A stretch of 32,000 bases of DNA from Pyrodictium abyssi (GTDB lineage Archaea > Thermoproteota > Thermoprotei_A > Sulfolobales > Pyrodictiaceae), in assembly GCF_036323395.1 (NCBI RefSeq), contig NZ_AP028907.1:1530001-1562000 (forward strand). The letters run 5' to 3'. The position numbers and the translations under genes are program-made. A model generated the notes under the pieces. It saw only the letters and a program-made list of their open reading frames with translations. It ran no database searches and was not told the origin of the DNA. This document shows, piece after piece, positions 15,828 through 24,855 of this stretch. Within the stretch, counting starts at the first letter, position 1, and every line of letters begins with the position of its first letter.

Positions 15828-16363
15828 GGCTCGCTATCGCCCTCCCTTGATAGCCTTGTTAGCCCAGGTCTGAACACTAAAGCTGTATAATATGTTATGT
15901 CGCCATACCTATCAACTATGGCTAAGAGTGGCTCCCAGCTATTCTTAGCAGCTTCCTCGACGAAGGAGTATAGGGTAGCTAGCTTTACGGGCCTATTCTC
16001 CTCAAGAACTAGTATGTAGTGTGTATACCGTGGTTCTCTCTTCCTGCGTCTAAGTAGAAGCGAATGGGGGCGCGGGCCGGGGACAGGTAGGCGGCCACGT
16101 TTCCGCAGGTCCAGGTATACCTCGAACTCGACCCACGCATAGGGGTTTATCCTACTATACGCCTTGATTAGGTCCTCGAAGCTGTACTGTCTGCCCACAG
16201 AATCTACTAGTACTGCTGTCCCCGTGTAGAGCAGGTAGAGCGCCTCCAGTGGATGTAGCTTCTCGATACTCGTGTATGGTAGCTGCTTTAGCGCTTCATC
16301 CGCTCCTCTTAGTATCTGCAGCTCCAGCGTCTTATGGTCAACCAGCAGTATTTCTAAAGTCAT
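15824..16363 (-). CDS. tRNA-splicing endonuclease family subunit (probably the structural subunit of a crenarchaeal heterotetramer; catalytic status unclear)
   Basis: 179 aa. It has EALYLLYTG, FEVYLDLRKRG and the C-terminal LLAIVDRYGDITYYT, typical of EndA-fold proteins. The usual G-x-K-F-G-x-D-F segment after LRxRG is replaced by a Pro/Arg-rich stretch (LPVPGPRPHSLLLRRRKREPRY). Confidence 0.6.
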   Translation of the reverse strand: MTLEILLVDHKTLELQILRGADEALKQLPYTSIEKLHPLEALYLLYTGTAVLVDSVGRQYSFEDLIKAYSRINPYAWVEFEVYLDLRKRGRLPVPGPRPHSLLLRRRKREPRYTHYILVLEENRPVKLATLYSFVEEAAKNSWEPLLAIVDRYGDITYYTALVFRPGLTRLSREGDSEP

Positions 16364-16463
16364 TCTGTCCCCCGGGGTACCTGCATTCAGGAGGTAAGCC
16401 TAATGATGCGCGCCTAAGCTGGTATAGCGGTGCCTCACGCATGGTGGTATGGTGTCTGCCAAG

Positions 16464-16471
16464 CTTTTATA
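16464..16471 (+). promoter_or_regulatory. TATA box (CTTTTATA) for mtnA
   Basis: AT-rich octamer preceded by a purine-rich BRE-like ccaag, 46 nt upstream of ATG 16517. Confidence 0.5.
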
Positions 16472-16516
16472 GGCGCCTCTACGCCGCATTGAATCTCGTA
16501 ACCTGGTTGGTATGGT

Positions 16517-17602
16517 ATGGAGCTTCTAGAGAAACTGAAGATAAAGCCCATTGAGTGGATTGAAGACGACCCTGAAGGGCCTAAGCTCCGTTGGTTGGAT
16601 ACGCGGCTTTTGCCTTGGGAGGAGGTCTACAGGGAGACACGAGACTTCAAACGTGTAGCCGTAGCGATAAAAACCATGGAAATAAGAGGCGCACCAGCCA
16701 TAGGCGTTGCAGCCGCGTATGGCCTGGCGCTTGCAGCATTATACTCAAACGCTAAGGAGCCAGACGAGCTGTGGAATAAGCTCCGTGAAGCTGAGAAAAT
16801 ACTGGCTGCAACCAGGCCTACCGCATACAACTTGTTCTGGGCGTTGAGAAGAGTAATGGACAGGGCGCAGAGTGGCCTAAAGCGTGGCGATGATGTAGAT
16901 AAGATAATCTATGCAGTGGTCGACGAGGCCAAGAAGATACATATTGAGGATGTTAGGACAAACATGGAGCTTGGACGCATAGGAGCCAAGCTAATAGATG
17001 ATGGCGACACAATACTAACACACTGTAATGCAGGTGCACTTGCTACAGCAGCTTATGGGACGGCTGAAGGCATAATGAGGGCCGCAATCGAGGAGGGTAA
17101 GCGTATAAAGGTCATAGCTACTGAGACACGGCCGCTACTACAAGGCGCTAGACTCACAGTATGGGAGCTAAAGAAGGAGGGTATAGAGGTGCGGCTTATA
17201 ACGGACAATATGGTTGGATACGTTATGTACCGTGGGCTCGTAGATAAGGTGATTGTTGGCGCTGATAGGATAACAGCTGACGGCTATGTAGCAAACAAGA
17301 TAGGAACTTACATGATAGCCGTACTAGCACATAGACACAAAGTACCATTCTATGTAGCAGCACCCTCGTCGACATTCGACCTGGGCATAGAGGGAGACAA
17401 TATACCCATAGAGGAGCGTGACCCTGACGAGGTTAGAACGGTACTCGGGAAGCTACTAATAACCGTAAAGGATGTAGAAGTGTATAATCCTGCATTCGAC
17501 ATAACTCCGCCGGAGCTTGTAACAGCGATAGTAACAGAGAAGGGTATAATCACTCCGCCATACAGGGAGAACATAGCTCGTATACTAGGAGATAAATCCT
17601 AA
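16517..17602 (+). CDS. mtnA: Methylthioribose-1-phosphate isomerase (aIF-2B-I / MtnA family)
   Basis: 361 aa. It has LRWLDTRLLPWEEVY, AIKTMEIRGAPAIGVAAAYGLALA, THCNAG, VGADRI..NG/DG..ANKIGT and NPAFDITP, the M1Pi-type eIF2B-related pattern. Confidence 0.85.
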   Translation: MELLEKLKIKPIEWIEDDPEGPKLRWLDTRLLPWEEVYRETRDFKRVAVAIKTMEIRGAPAIGVAAAYGLALAALYSNAKEPDELWNKLREAEKILAATRPTAYNLFWALRRVMDRAQSGLKRGDDVDKIIYAVVDEAKKIHIEDVRTNMELGRIGAKLIDDGDTILTHCNAGALATAAYGTAEGIMRAAIEEGKRIKVIATETRPLLQGARLTVWELKKEGIEVRLITDNMVGYVMYRGLVDKVIVGADRITADGYVANKIGTYMIAVLAHRHKVPFYVAAPSSTFDLGIEGDNIPIEERDPDEVRTVLGKLLITVKDVEVYNPAFDITPPELVTAIVTEKGIITPPYRENIARILGDKS

Positions 17603-17605
17603 GCC

Positions 17606-17611
17606 TTTTTT
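17606..17611 (+). terminator. Oligo-T tract (TTTTTT) 3 nt after the mtnA stop
   Basis: The sequence taa gcc TTTTTT gtt is read directly. Archaeal terminators are typically oligo-T runs. Confidence 0.5.
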
Positions 17612-17665
17612 GTTATAATATGTAGCTTGCTATTGTACCGAGGTGTATCGCTCTACTAGCTGTTA

Positions 17666-18994
17666 CTATGATAATAGCATTATCATGCTAGTCCCGATTA
17701 CTACGAGTGGCGCAGCTAAGTTATAAGCTAGGGCTCCCCATACAGCATACGTTATAGCAAAGCTCGCACCAACTCCAGAGATAGCTATGGATTTAATTGC
17801 AAGCTCGCTGTCTATCGATAGTGCTGTGTAGGGTAACATCACGTGAGGAGCAGATGCATAGCTAGTTTGAAACATCTTTGACGCATACACCATGGACGCT
17901 GCTATGGCGACTATAACCATAGGTAGCATTATCATCATCACTAGTACTTTGCCGAATAGTACACGCATGTTGAGGCTTAAGGATTCGAGAACAGTATTAG
18001 CAATACGTGATATTTTTGCTGCATTGCTACCGCTTCTAACTATAGATGATACTGTCTTCGAAAGTAGGTATACGAGGGGCCATTTCTCTATGTTGCTTGG
18101 TGCTGCTCTTCCAGTCCTAAGCGCGTATATGAGCGATCTCTCGTCTCCGTCACCGGTCTTAATCATGGATATAATCGTATCGATGTTGGACAGTCTGAGT
18201 GTAAGGGCCTCTGTTACTACACGCATAGTGTATGTAAGCCTAGATAGCCTCAGGACAGCTTTCCTCATAGTTGCTATGTTATACACGTATACAGGAGTGA
18301 CAAGACAAGCTAGTGCCAGTGCATAGATGTACTTATCGAGTATTAGCAGTAGTAGCGACGTAGCAGCGATAAAGGAGAGAACGGTATCTGCCAGGAGACT
18401 CGTCTGGCGTGGCAATATGACGGAGAGTACTCTGATTCGCGTAGTAATGGCGATAGCGAAGGATATGCCAATGACAATAAGCGACGCCAAATAAGAGGCT
18501 ACATAGTTAGACGAGAAAGAGGAAGAAAGCACGACTGTCAGAAGCACGATCACTGTTGCAGTAGCTATTAGCTCTACACCATGCATAAGCGCGTCAAGTC
18601 TCTCTTTAAGCCTATGTTCAAAAGATTCTGCCGAGACAAGAGCCAACTGATACAATGTATCTAGAGGGCTTCCTCTAAGCATGTAGGAGGCTATGTACGA
18701 CCTTATAATCCTCGGGAAAATAAGGCTGGAGACGCTCTCCGCGGCTTTTTCAAGTGCAAGTAGTGTACTACCATATTTCTTCACAAGCCTCTGGTATACG
18801 TAGGATATCTTACTAATTTCTCTAAATATCTCGCTGAGGTATCTATCCTTATGTATGTCGCCTAGGGCTTCATGTGGTGCCTTATTGCCTCCAGCGTATG
18901 AGAGTGAATAAAGCATTAACAGAGGCAGCTCAGCAGTCAACCTATCGTCATCAATCTTTACGCCCTTAGCTCTTTTACTAGGCATGCCAATCAT
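17666..18994 (-). CDS. Polytopic membrane platform protein of a type IV pilus/archaellum-like system (FlaJ/TadC/GspF family)
   Basis: 442 aa with a soluble N-terminal region followed by many hydrophobic helices in two blocks. It starts 7 nt downstream of the secretion ATPase gene, which is the invariant ATPase-platform gene pair. Confidence 0.7.
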   Translation of the reverse strand: MIGMPSKRAKGVKIDDDRLTAELPLLMLYSLSYAGGNKAPHEALGDIHKDRYLSEIFREISKISYVYQRLVKKYGSTLLALEKAAESVSSLIFPRIIRSYIASYMLRGSPLDTLYQLALVSAESFEHRLKERLDALMHGVELIATATVIVLLTVVLSSSFSSNYVASYLASLIVIGISFAIAITTRIRVLSVILPRQTSLLADTVLSFIAATSLLLLILDKYIYALALACLVTPVYVYNIATMRKAVLRLSRLTYTMRVVTEALTLRLSNIDTIISMIKTGDGDERSLIYALRTGRAAPSNIEKWPLVYLLSKTVSSIVRSGSNAAKISRIANTVLESLSLNMRVLFGKVLVMMIMLPMVIVAIAASMVYASKMFQTSYASAPHVMLPYTALSIDSELAIKSIAISGVGASFAITYAVWGALAYNLAAPLVVIGTSMIMLLS

Positions 18995-19001
18995 AGTTTG
19001 C

Positions 19002-20603
19002 TTAACCTCCCTGTTCGGCCCTCTCTAAGATACGGAAAATCATTGAACGGTAGTAGTCTTCCACCATCGCCCGCATGGTCTTAAAGTCGCAAGAAATGCA
19101 AGACTTAAGCAGTGAAGCGAATGTCTCTATTTTATCACGTATATCGCTGACACTTAGCCCGTAAAGTTCGGCTATGAGCCTTAAGCGGTAACTAGAATTA
19201 ATAAGAGTGTCAACATCAACTGGACGTAGTATGTCTTCTCGTGGACTCCACTTAAAGATGCGCACAAACTCCACTGTATTATCCGTCGGAACGATTTCAA
19301 CTATTTCAACGACTCTACGTGACTCTATACCGTTAGCGTTACGGACCCTGCGCAGAACTACTATCAGCCATAAGAGTTGTAGAAAACTATCACCCAAGTT
19401 TATGGGGCTACTACGCAGTCTCTGCAGAGCTGATTCAGGCGAGTCAGCGTGGAATGTTGCTAATGCAGCGTGACCACTGCCCGCGGCATGGATGAATACA
19501 CGGGCCTCCTCGCCACGTATCTCGCCTATAACGAAGTAATCGGGCCTTCGCCGCAGTGCAAATTTTGCCAGCTTATATATGTCTATATCTTCTCCCTCAT
19601 AGTCGCTATAGGTGTACCTTGTAACAAGGCTATCCCACTGGTCATATGGCAGGTTGAGCTCTGGTGTATCCTCTATCGTTACTATTCTCGAATAGGGTGG
19701 TATGAGCGAGAGCAGGGCTTGGAGAAAAGTAGTCTTCCCAGACGCTGTCGGGCCAACGATTAGTATGGCAGGTCTGTACTCCATTAGCAGCCATAGGTAT
19801 GCTGCAGCAAGCGTTGAGATGACGTTACTGGCTATTAGGGATGTTATCGGGAGAGGCTCCATGCGGTGTTTCCTAATTACCAGTGAGGATCCAAAACGGC
19901 TAATCTCGTTAGAGAATGTGGCTGCAACCCTGTGGCCTTCGGGTAGTAGGGCTTCAAGATATGGATGAGCGAGGCTCACATCTCGCCCGCTTCGTCTAGC
20001 TAACTGTATAATGAGGTTGTCAAGTAGCTCGCTGTCTAGCAGGATATTGGTTCTTATCCATCCGATAGGGAGACTGCGGTGAACTATGTAGGCAGGAGTG
20101 TTGGGGCTGTTAACGGATATCTCCTCTATGTTCGGGTCCTCTAGTAGAGGGTACAAAGGACCATAACCGCTTAGGCCCTTAGCTATCAGATAGCTCATTA
20201 CAGTGTAGTTTGACTTGAGGAACTCGTAGTCTATATGGTACCTCTCTGCAAACCTTTTCAACTCCGTATGGTCTGAGGGCAGGCCCTTCAGCCCCTCTGC
20301 AATAACGCCCTCTATTATTAGAGCCACAGTTCTGAGGAGCTCGGAGTCGTCCACGAAAGGCTCGTTCACACAGTATACTATCTCCTCGTCCTGGTTGACG
20401 CCTACTACGACATTTACTACTCCTATGGTAGTGTACTCTAATATCTTCTTTTTGAAATAGTCAGTGCACGTTAAAGGCTTTATCATTTCGACGAGGAACA
20501 TGTCAAAATCAATACTCTCTTTAGGAGAGCTTGTATGTAGCCTCAGCATATTTGTGCCAACCTCTTGTGGGGGGTCAAAGTTAGAAGTAGTGGTCTCTGT
20601 CAA
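19002..20603 (-). CDS. Type II/IV secretion-family ATPase (FlaI/PilB/VirB11-like)
   Basis: 533 aa. It has Walker A GPTASGKTT, Asp box TIEDTPEL, Walker B YFVIGEIRGEEA and His box TFHA. The N-terminal domain carries LEDPNIEEISVN. Confidence 0.85.
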   Translation of the reverse strand: MTETTTSNFDPPQEVGTNMLRLHTSSPKESIDFDMFLVEMIKPLTCTDYFKKKILEYTTIGVVNVVVGVNQDEEIVYCVNEPFVDDSELLRTVALIIEGVIAEGLKGLPSDHTELKRFAERYHIDYEFLKSNYTVMSYLIAKGLSGYGPLYPLLEDPNIEEISVNSPNTPAYIVHRSLPIGWIRTNILLDSELLDNLIIQLARRSGRDVSLAHPYLEALLPEGHRVAATFSNEISRFGSSLVIRKHRMEPLPITSLIASNVISTLAAAYLWLLMEYRPAILIVGPTASGKTTFLQALLSLIPPYSRIVTIEDTPELNLPYDQWDSLVTRYTYSDYEGEDIDIYKLAKFALRRRPDYFVIGEIRGEEARVFIHAAGSGHAALATFHADSPESALQRLRSSPINLGDSFLQLLWLIVVLRRVRNANGIESRRVVEIVEIVPTDNTVEFVRIFKWSPREDILRPVDVDTLINSSYRLRLIAELYGLSVSDIRDKIETFASLLKSCISCDFKTMRAMVEDYYRSMIFRILERAEQGG

Positions 20604-20639
20604 CGGGTGTACTTACGCCTAAAAAATAGGAGTTCAATG

Positions 20640-21035
20640 TTAGGATATTCTCACGGGTTCGGTTGTGAATGATTTATCTCCAACGTTATACTTTATTACG
20701 AGTACACGTGGCGTTCCGCATGCTGTGGCGTTTATCTGTATCCTCAGGGCTTTTGTCTCGCCTGCATCTATTACCTCAGATACCGGTATATACTGTGTAC
20801 CGTTTGTGCAGTCTATCTGTGCTTCGACTATGTCTACTTTTTGTGAACCACTGTTGTCGAGTGTTACGTATACTACACCTAGGTCTGATAGATACTCAGC
20901 GTTGTAGGCATATAGTATCGGCTTATCCGCTACAGTCTCTACAGTGTCTATGAAGTATTGGTACATTATTGCACCTGCAGCCAGTGTAGCCATTAGCAGT
21001 ATTACAGCCGAGAGTATAGGGGATAGCGCTCTCAT
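20640..21035 (-). CDS. Archaeal type IV pilin-like protein with class III signal peptide
   Basis: From ATG 21035 the sequence is MRA/LSPILSAVILLMATLAAGAIMYQYF, giving a short basic leader, a PibD-type cleavage context (R-A|L-S-P) and a hydrophobic helix. A beta-rich domain follows, with 2 Cys and 2 N-glycosylation sequons (NGT, NAT). The track ORF extends to TTG 21080. Confidence 0.65.
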   Translation of the reverse strand: MRALSPILSAVILLMATLAAGAIMYQYFIDTVETVADKPILYAYNAEYLSDLGVVYVTLDNSGSQKVDIVEAQIDCTNGTQYIPVSEVIDAGETKALRIQINATACGTPRVLVIKYNVGDKSFTTEPVRIS

Positions 21036-21080
21036 GGCTCTCTCCGTGTTTTCTGTCTGGCCGGGAGATTGCAGTAGCAA

Positions 21081-21088
21081 TTTATAGT
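21081..21088 (-). promoter_or_regulatory. TATA-like element (minus-strand CTATAAA) for the pilin operon
   Basis: Plus-strand tttatag is read directly. It lies about 46-50 nt upstream of the pilin ATG at 21035. Confidence 0.4.
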
Positions 21089-21126
21089 AGGAAATACTTT
21101 TAAACAGAGAAGTAGTTTCGGGCTAG

Positions 21127-21134
21127 TTATTTAA
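21127..21134 (+). promoter_or_regulatory. TATA-like element (TTATTTAA) for top6B
   Basis: AT-rich octamer about 36-43 nt upstream of ATG 21170. Confidence 0.4.
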
Positions 21135-21169
21135 GCTCTCTAGTGCCTAAAGCAAACGAGGGCTAAGTA

Positions 21170-22774
21170 ATGGCTAGAAAACAGCAAGCAGCTCAACAAG
21201 AAAGCTTTAGGAGTATGACGCCATCGCAGTTCTTCTACGAGTACAGAGAAGTAGCTGGATTCGGCAGCCCATCACGAGCGCTATATCAAACAGTACGTGA
21301 ACTTGTTGAAAACGCGTTAGACGCGACAGACGTACATGGTATACTCCCAGACATAACACTCACAATTGAACAAGTTCCAAGACACCCAACGTACTACAGA
21401 GTAACGGTCGAGGATAACGGCATCGGCATCCAGCCACAGCATGTCCCATATGCTTTTGGCCAAGTACTATATAGCTCAAAGTACAGGCTAAGGCAGGCAC
21501 GTGGCCGCTTTGGACTAGGTGCTAAGATGGCCATACTCTATGGCCAGATAAAGACTGGCGAGCCTGTAGAAGTTTACACATCGCCTATAGGCTCATCAAG
21601 AATATACTTCTTCAAGATCAAGATAGACATAGAGAGGAATAGGCCAATAGTGCTTGCCAGGGGCGAATATCCAAACCCTAGTGGCTGGCATGGGACACGT
21701 GTAAGCGTGGTAATAGAGGGTGACTGGCCTCGAGCCAGACACCGAATACACGAGTACATAAGGAGGACGGCAATCGCAGCGCCATACGCTAATATAACCT
21801 TCATAGATCCTGATGGCAACATAACTGTGTACCGTCGCACCATAGATAAGCTGCCGAAACAGCCTCGCGAGGTAAAACCACACCCACAGGGAGTAGACAT
21901 AGAGTTATTGAAACAATTGATTAGAAAGTCAAGGGCAAATACACTGTTGGAGTTCCTCATAGACGCGTTCCAGGGTGTAGGACGGAAAACAGCCGAAGCC
22001 TTCCTTGAATGGGCAGGTTTTGACAAGAATCTAGACCCACACAAGCTAGATGATAGAAAGCTTGAAAAGCTAGCTAGAAAGCTAAGAGAATATCAACGCT
22101 TCCGGCCGCCAAGCGCTGACTCGCTCTCGCCCTTCGGCCCAGAAATAATCGAGGCCGGTCTAAGGACCATCTTGAAACCTGAGTTCGTCGCAGCAGTAAC
22201 CCGCCGGCCAAGGGCCTATGAGGGTCATTCATTCATAGTTGAAGTTGGCATAGCTTATGGAGGACAAATACCGCCATCCAGTGAACCCATACTCTTGAGG
22301 TATGCTAATAAAATTCCGCTACTCTACGACGAGAAATCTGATGTAGCCTGGAAAGTTGTTGACCCCAAGAACTTCGATTGGCGAAACTATCTAGTCGTCT
22401 TCCCAGCGCCAGTAGCAGTATTAACACATATAGCAAGCACAAAGGTGCCTTACAAGGGAGTCGGTAAGGAAAGTGTAGCCGATGTACCCGAAATAGAACA
22501 GGAGCTGCGAAACGCGCTTAGAGAAGCAGCTAGAAAGTTAAGAGAATACCTGCTGCAGAAGAAGAAAGAAGAGGAGGCCAAGAAACGTGTCATAACATTC
22601 ATGAAGTATACTCCAGAGATAGCCAAAAGCCTGGCAACTATACTCAAAGATTATAGCGTCAACGAGGACTATATAAGAGAGATGTTGCTCACTGCGATGA
22701 AGAAGAGGTTGAAGATAGAGGACGAGAAGTTTGCAAAACTAGTAGAGGGGCTAGAGGTTAACATAGAAGAGTAA
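21170..22774 (+). CDS. top6B: DNA topoisomerase VI subunit B
   Basis: 534 aa. The GHKL ATPase motifs are ELVENALDA, VEDNGIGI and GRFGLGAKM. A transducer domain follows. It sits directly upstream of top6A. Confidence 0.95.
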   Translation: MARKQQAAQQESFRSMTPSQFFYEYREVAGFGSPSRALYQTVRELVENALDATDVHGILPDITLTIEQVPRHPTYYRVTVEDNGIGIQPQHVPYAFGQVLYSSKYRLRQARGRFGLGAKMAILYGQIKTGEPVEVYTSPIGSSRIYFFKIKIDIERNRPIVLARGEYPNPSGWHGTRVSVVIEGDWPRARHRIHEYIRRTAIAAPYANITFIDPDGNITVYRRTIDKLPKQPREVKPHPQGVDIELLKQLIRKSRANTLLEFLIDAFQGVGRKTAEAFLEWAGFDKNLDPHKLDDRKLEKLARKLREYQRFRPPSADSLSPFGPEIIEAGLRTILKPEFVAAVTRRPRAYEGHSFIVEVGIAYGGQIPPSSEPILLRYANKIPLLYDEKSDVAWKVVDPKNFDWRNYLVVFPAPVAVLTHIASTKVPYKGVGKESVADVPEIEQELRNALREAARKLREYLLQKKKEEEAKKRVITFMKYTPEIAKSLATILKDYSVNEDYIREMLLTAMKKRLKIEDEKFAKLVEGLEVNIEE

Positions 22775-22802
22775 GGAGAGTAAGAGGGGGTGAGAAGAGT
22801 CT

Positions 22803-23972
22803 ATGGCGGCTGTGGATGAGTACATGGATAAGGCTGATATAGAGGCCAGAAGGAAAGCACTCCAGGTATTCCGCGAACGATTTAAGGAGATATTTGAACA
22901 AATAAAGAGAGGAGAGAATCCAACCATTATGCTGCCGAAGAGAACGCTAGCAAATACGATATACGATGAAAAGAGGAAGCTGCTACTGCTGGGCCCGGAA
23001 AAACTGCGTAGAAGCTTCTTCGATCTGCACGAGTCAAAGAAGTTTATGCAGACACTACTAATGGCTAGGATAATATACGAGGCTCTCGAGAGGGACGAGT
23101 ATCCAACAATCCGTGACCTTTACTATAGGGGTAAGCACACTATAGTATATCGCGAGCCTGGAGGCCGTAGACACGAGGAAAACACGTGGGACGAGCAGCG
23201 GGAGTCAGACGCGGTGATAAGAGATATCGAGGTATTTACTGGCCTGCTACGCGAAGAGATGCTTATACTCAGCAAAGAGAAGGGCAAAGTAGTAGGAAAT
23301 ATGAGGATACGTAGTGGCAACGACATTATAGATCTAAGTAAGATGGGTCACGGTGCCTACGCTATAGAGCCGACGCCAGACCTGATAGAATTCATAGACG
23401 TTGACGCAGAGTACGTCCTGGTAGTAGAGAAGGACGCAGTATTCCAGCAACTACACCGTATAGGCTTCTGGAAGAAGCACAAAGCCATACTGATAACAAG
23501 CGCGGGGCAGCCCGACAGAGCTACGAGAAGATTCGTCCGAAGGCTAAACGAGGAACTGGGGCTGCCAGTGTACATACTAACAGACGCAGACCCCTATGGA
23601 TGGTACATATACAGCGTATTCAAGATAGGCTCCATAACCCTAAGCTACGAGAGCGAGCGTCTCGCAACACCAAAAGCCAGGTTCATAGGCGTGAGTATGA
23701 CAGACATCTTCGGCTATGGTAAGAAGAAGCCCTACTTGACAGAGCAGGAAAGACGCAACTATATAATCAAGGCCAAGGACGCGGACATAAAGAGAGCCTA
23801 TGAGCTACGCAACTACAGGTGGTTCCAGACAAAGAAGTGGCAAATAGAGATAGACATCTTCCTAAATAAGAAGGCAAAGCTAGAGATAGAGGCCATGACG
23901 AGCAAAGGACTACGATTCCTAGCGGACAAGTATCTACCGGAAAAGATAGAGACTGAAGACTGGATAGAGTAG
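22803..23972 (+). CDS. top6A: DNA topoisomerase VI subunit A (Spo11 homologue)
   Basis: 389 aa. It has IRDLYYRG (the catalytic Tyr region), LVVEKDAVF, and the Toprim segment ILTDADPYGWYIY. Confidence 0.95.
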   Translation: MAAVDEYMDKADIEARRKALQVFRERFKEIFEQIKRGENPTIMLPKRTLANTIYDEKRKLLLLGPEKLRRSFFDLHESKKFMQTLLMARIIYEALERDEYPTIRDLYYRGKHTIVYREPGGRRHEENTWDEQRESDAVIRDIEVFTGLLREEMLILSKEKGKVVGNMRIRSGNDIIDLSKMGHGAYAIEPTPDLIEFIDVDAEYVLVVEKDAVFQQLHRIGFWKKHKAILITSAGQPDRATRRFVRRLNEELGLPVYILTDADPYGWYIYSVFKIGSITLSYESERLATPKARFIGVSMTDIFGYGKKKPYLTEQERRNYIIKAKDADIKRAYELRNYRWFQTKKWQIEIDIFLNKKAKLEIEAMTSKGLRFLADKYLPEKIETEDWIE

Positions 23973-24049
23973 AGACAAAACCATATGTAGAATAGTGGCC
24001 CCTTGCCCGTCACAGCTATTTGCGCACACCCATAGCCTGTTCTACCGGA

Positions 24050-24763
24050 ATGATAGCATTGAGTAAGCAGCTCTGCCCAGTAACAGCAAGCGAGCTAGCA
24101 GCAAGAATAGACCACGCCATACTAAAACCATGGAGCGGGAAGAAGGAACTAGAACAAGCAATAAACGATCTCGAGGAACTGAATCTAAGATGCCTTATAC
24201 TCAGCCCTACGCTCTTACGCGAAGCACAAGGTACGACAAACAAGTGCCTAGGCGCTGTAGTGGGCTTCCCATTCGGGTACCACACTCTTGAAGCTAAGAT
24301 AAAGGAGTTAGAAGACGTGATTGCCTTAGGCGCAGTAGAGGTAGACTATGTGGCTAACACACAGCTCTACATAACTGGCCACGAGGAGGAATATATGAAT
24401 GAAATACGCGCAGCAGTAGAAATCTGCAAAGAAGCAGGAGTAACTTGCAAGATTATAATAGAAACGCCAGCACTAACGGCTAACCAGATAGAACATATAG
24501 TTGGACTCGTAGCAAGGCTTGAGCCAGACTTTATAAAGACGAGCACTGGCTTTGGGCCTAGACCAACACTACCAGATGACGTAGTAATAATTGATAGGGT
24601 GCTGAGAAGCCTAGGTAAGAGAGACAAGGTGAGAATAAAGGCAGCAGGAGGCATCAGAAGCGGCCTCCAAGCATCATCAATGATACTACTGGGTGCAGAC
24701 GTAATAGGGACCAGCACGCCTCGTCAGGTGATCGAAACCTACAACGCCATGTGCCGGTCATAA
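24050..24763 (+). CDS. deoC: Deoxyribose-phosphate aldolase
   Basis: It has IDHAILKP, the active-site Lys context FIKTSTGF, and KAAGGIR. The track ORF starts at TTG 24020. ATG 24050 is the more likely start. Confidence 0.85.
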   Translation: MIALSKQLCPVTASELAARIDHAILKPWSGKKELEQAINDLEELNLRCLILSPTLLREAQGTTNKCLGAVVGFPFGYHTLEAKIKELEDVIALGAVEVDYVANTQLYITGHEEEYMNEIRAAVEICKEAGVTCKIIIETPALTANQIEHIVGLVARLEPDFIKTSTGFGPRPTLPDDVVIIDRVLRSLGKRDKVRIKAAGGIRSGLQASSMILLGADVIGTSTPRQVIETYNAMCRS

Positions 24764-24785
24764 ATAAGTTAGAGGCAATGCACGG

Positions 24786-24841
24786 ATGATGACACGACGG
24801 TCTCAAGAGCACTGCGCGATGAAGAACATTCTCCTTTCTGA
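24786..24841 (+). ncRNA. C/D box sRNA; D' guide antisense to LSU rRNA sequence AGACCGUCGUG
   Basis: Read directly, in order:
- C box ATGATGA 24786-24792
- 12-nt guide cacgacggtctc
- degenerate D' box AAGA 24805-24808
- C' box ATGAAGA 24819-24825
- 12-nt guide acattctccttt
- D box CTGA 24838-24841
The first guide is complementary over 11 nt to the conserved archaeal/eukaryotic LSU segment ...AGACCGUCGUGAGACAGGU..., which I quote from memory. Confidence 0.65.
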
Positions 24842-24855
24842 CTCGGTGTGGCGTC

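Noticed and set aside
16400-16460. C/D-like string AATGATGC ... CTGG ... ATGGTGG ... CTGC in the endA-like / mtnA divergent region
   Set aside because: Every box lacks the essential terminal GA (or the GA of CUGA), and the guide spacings are 8-9 nt. This is more likely chance similarity inside a promoter region.
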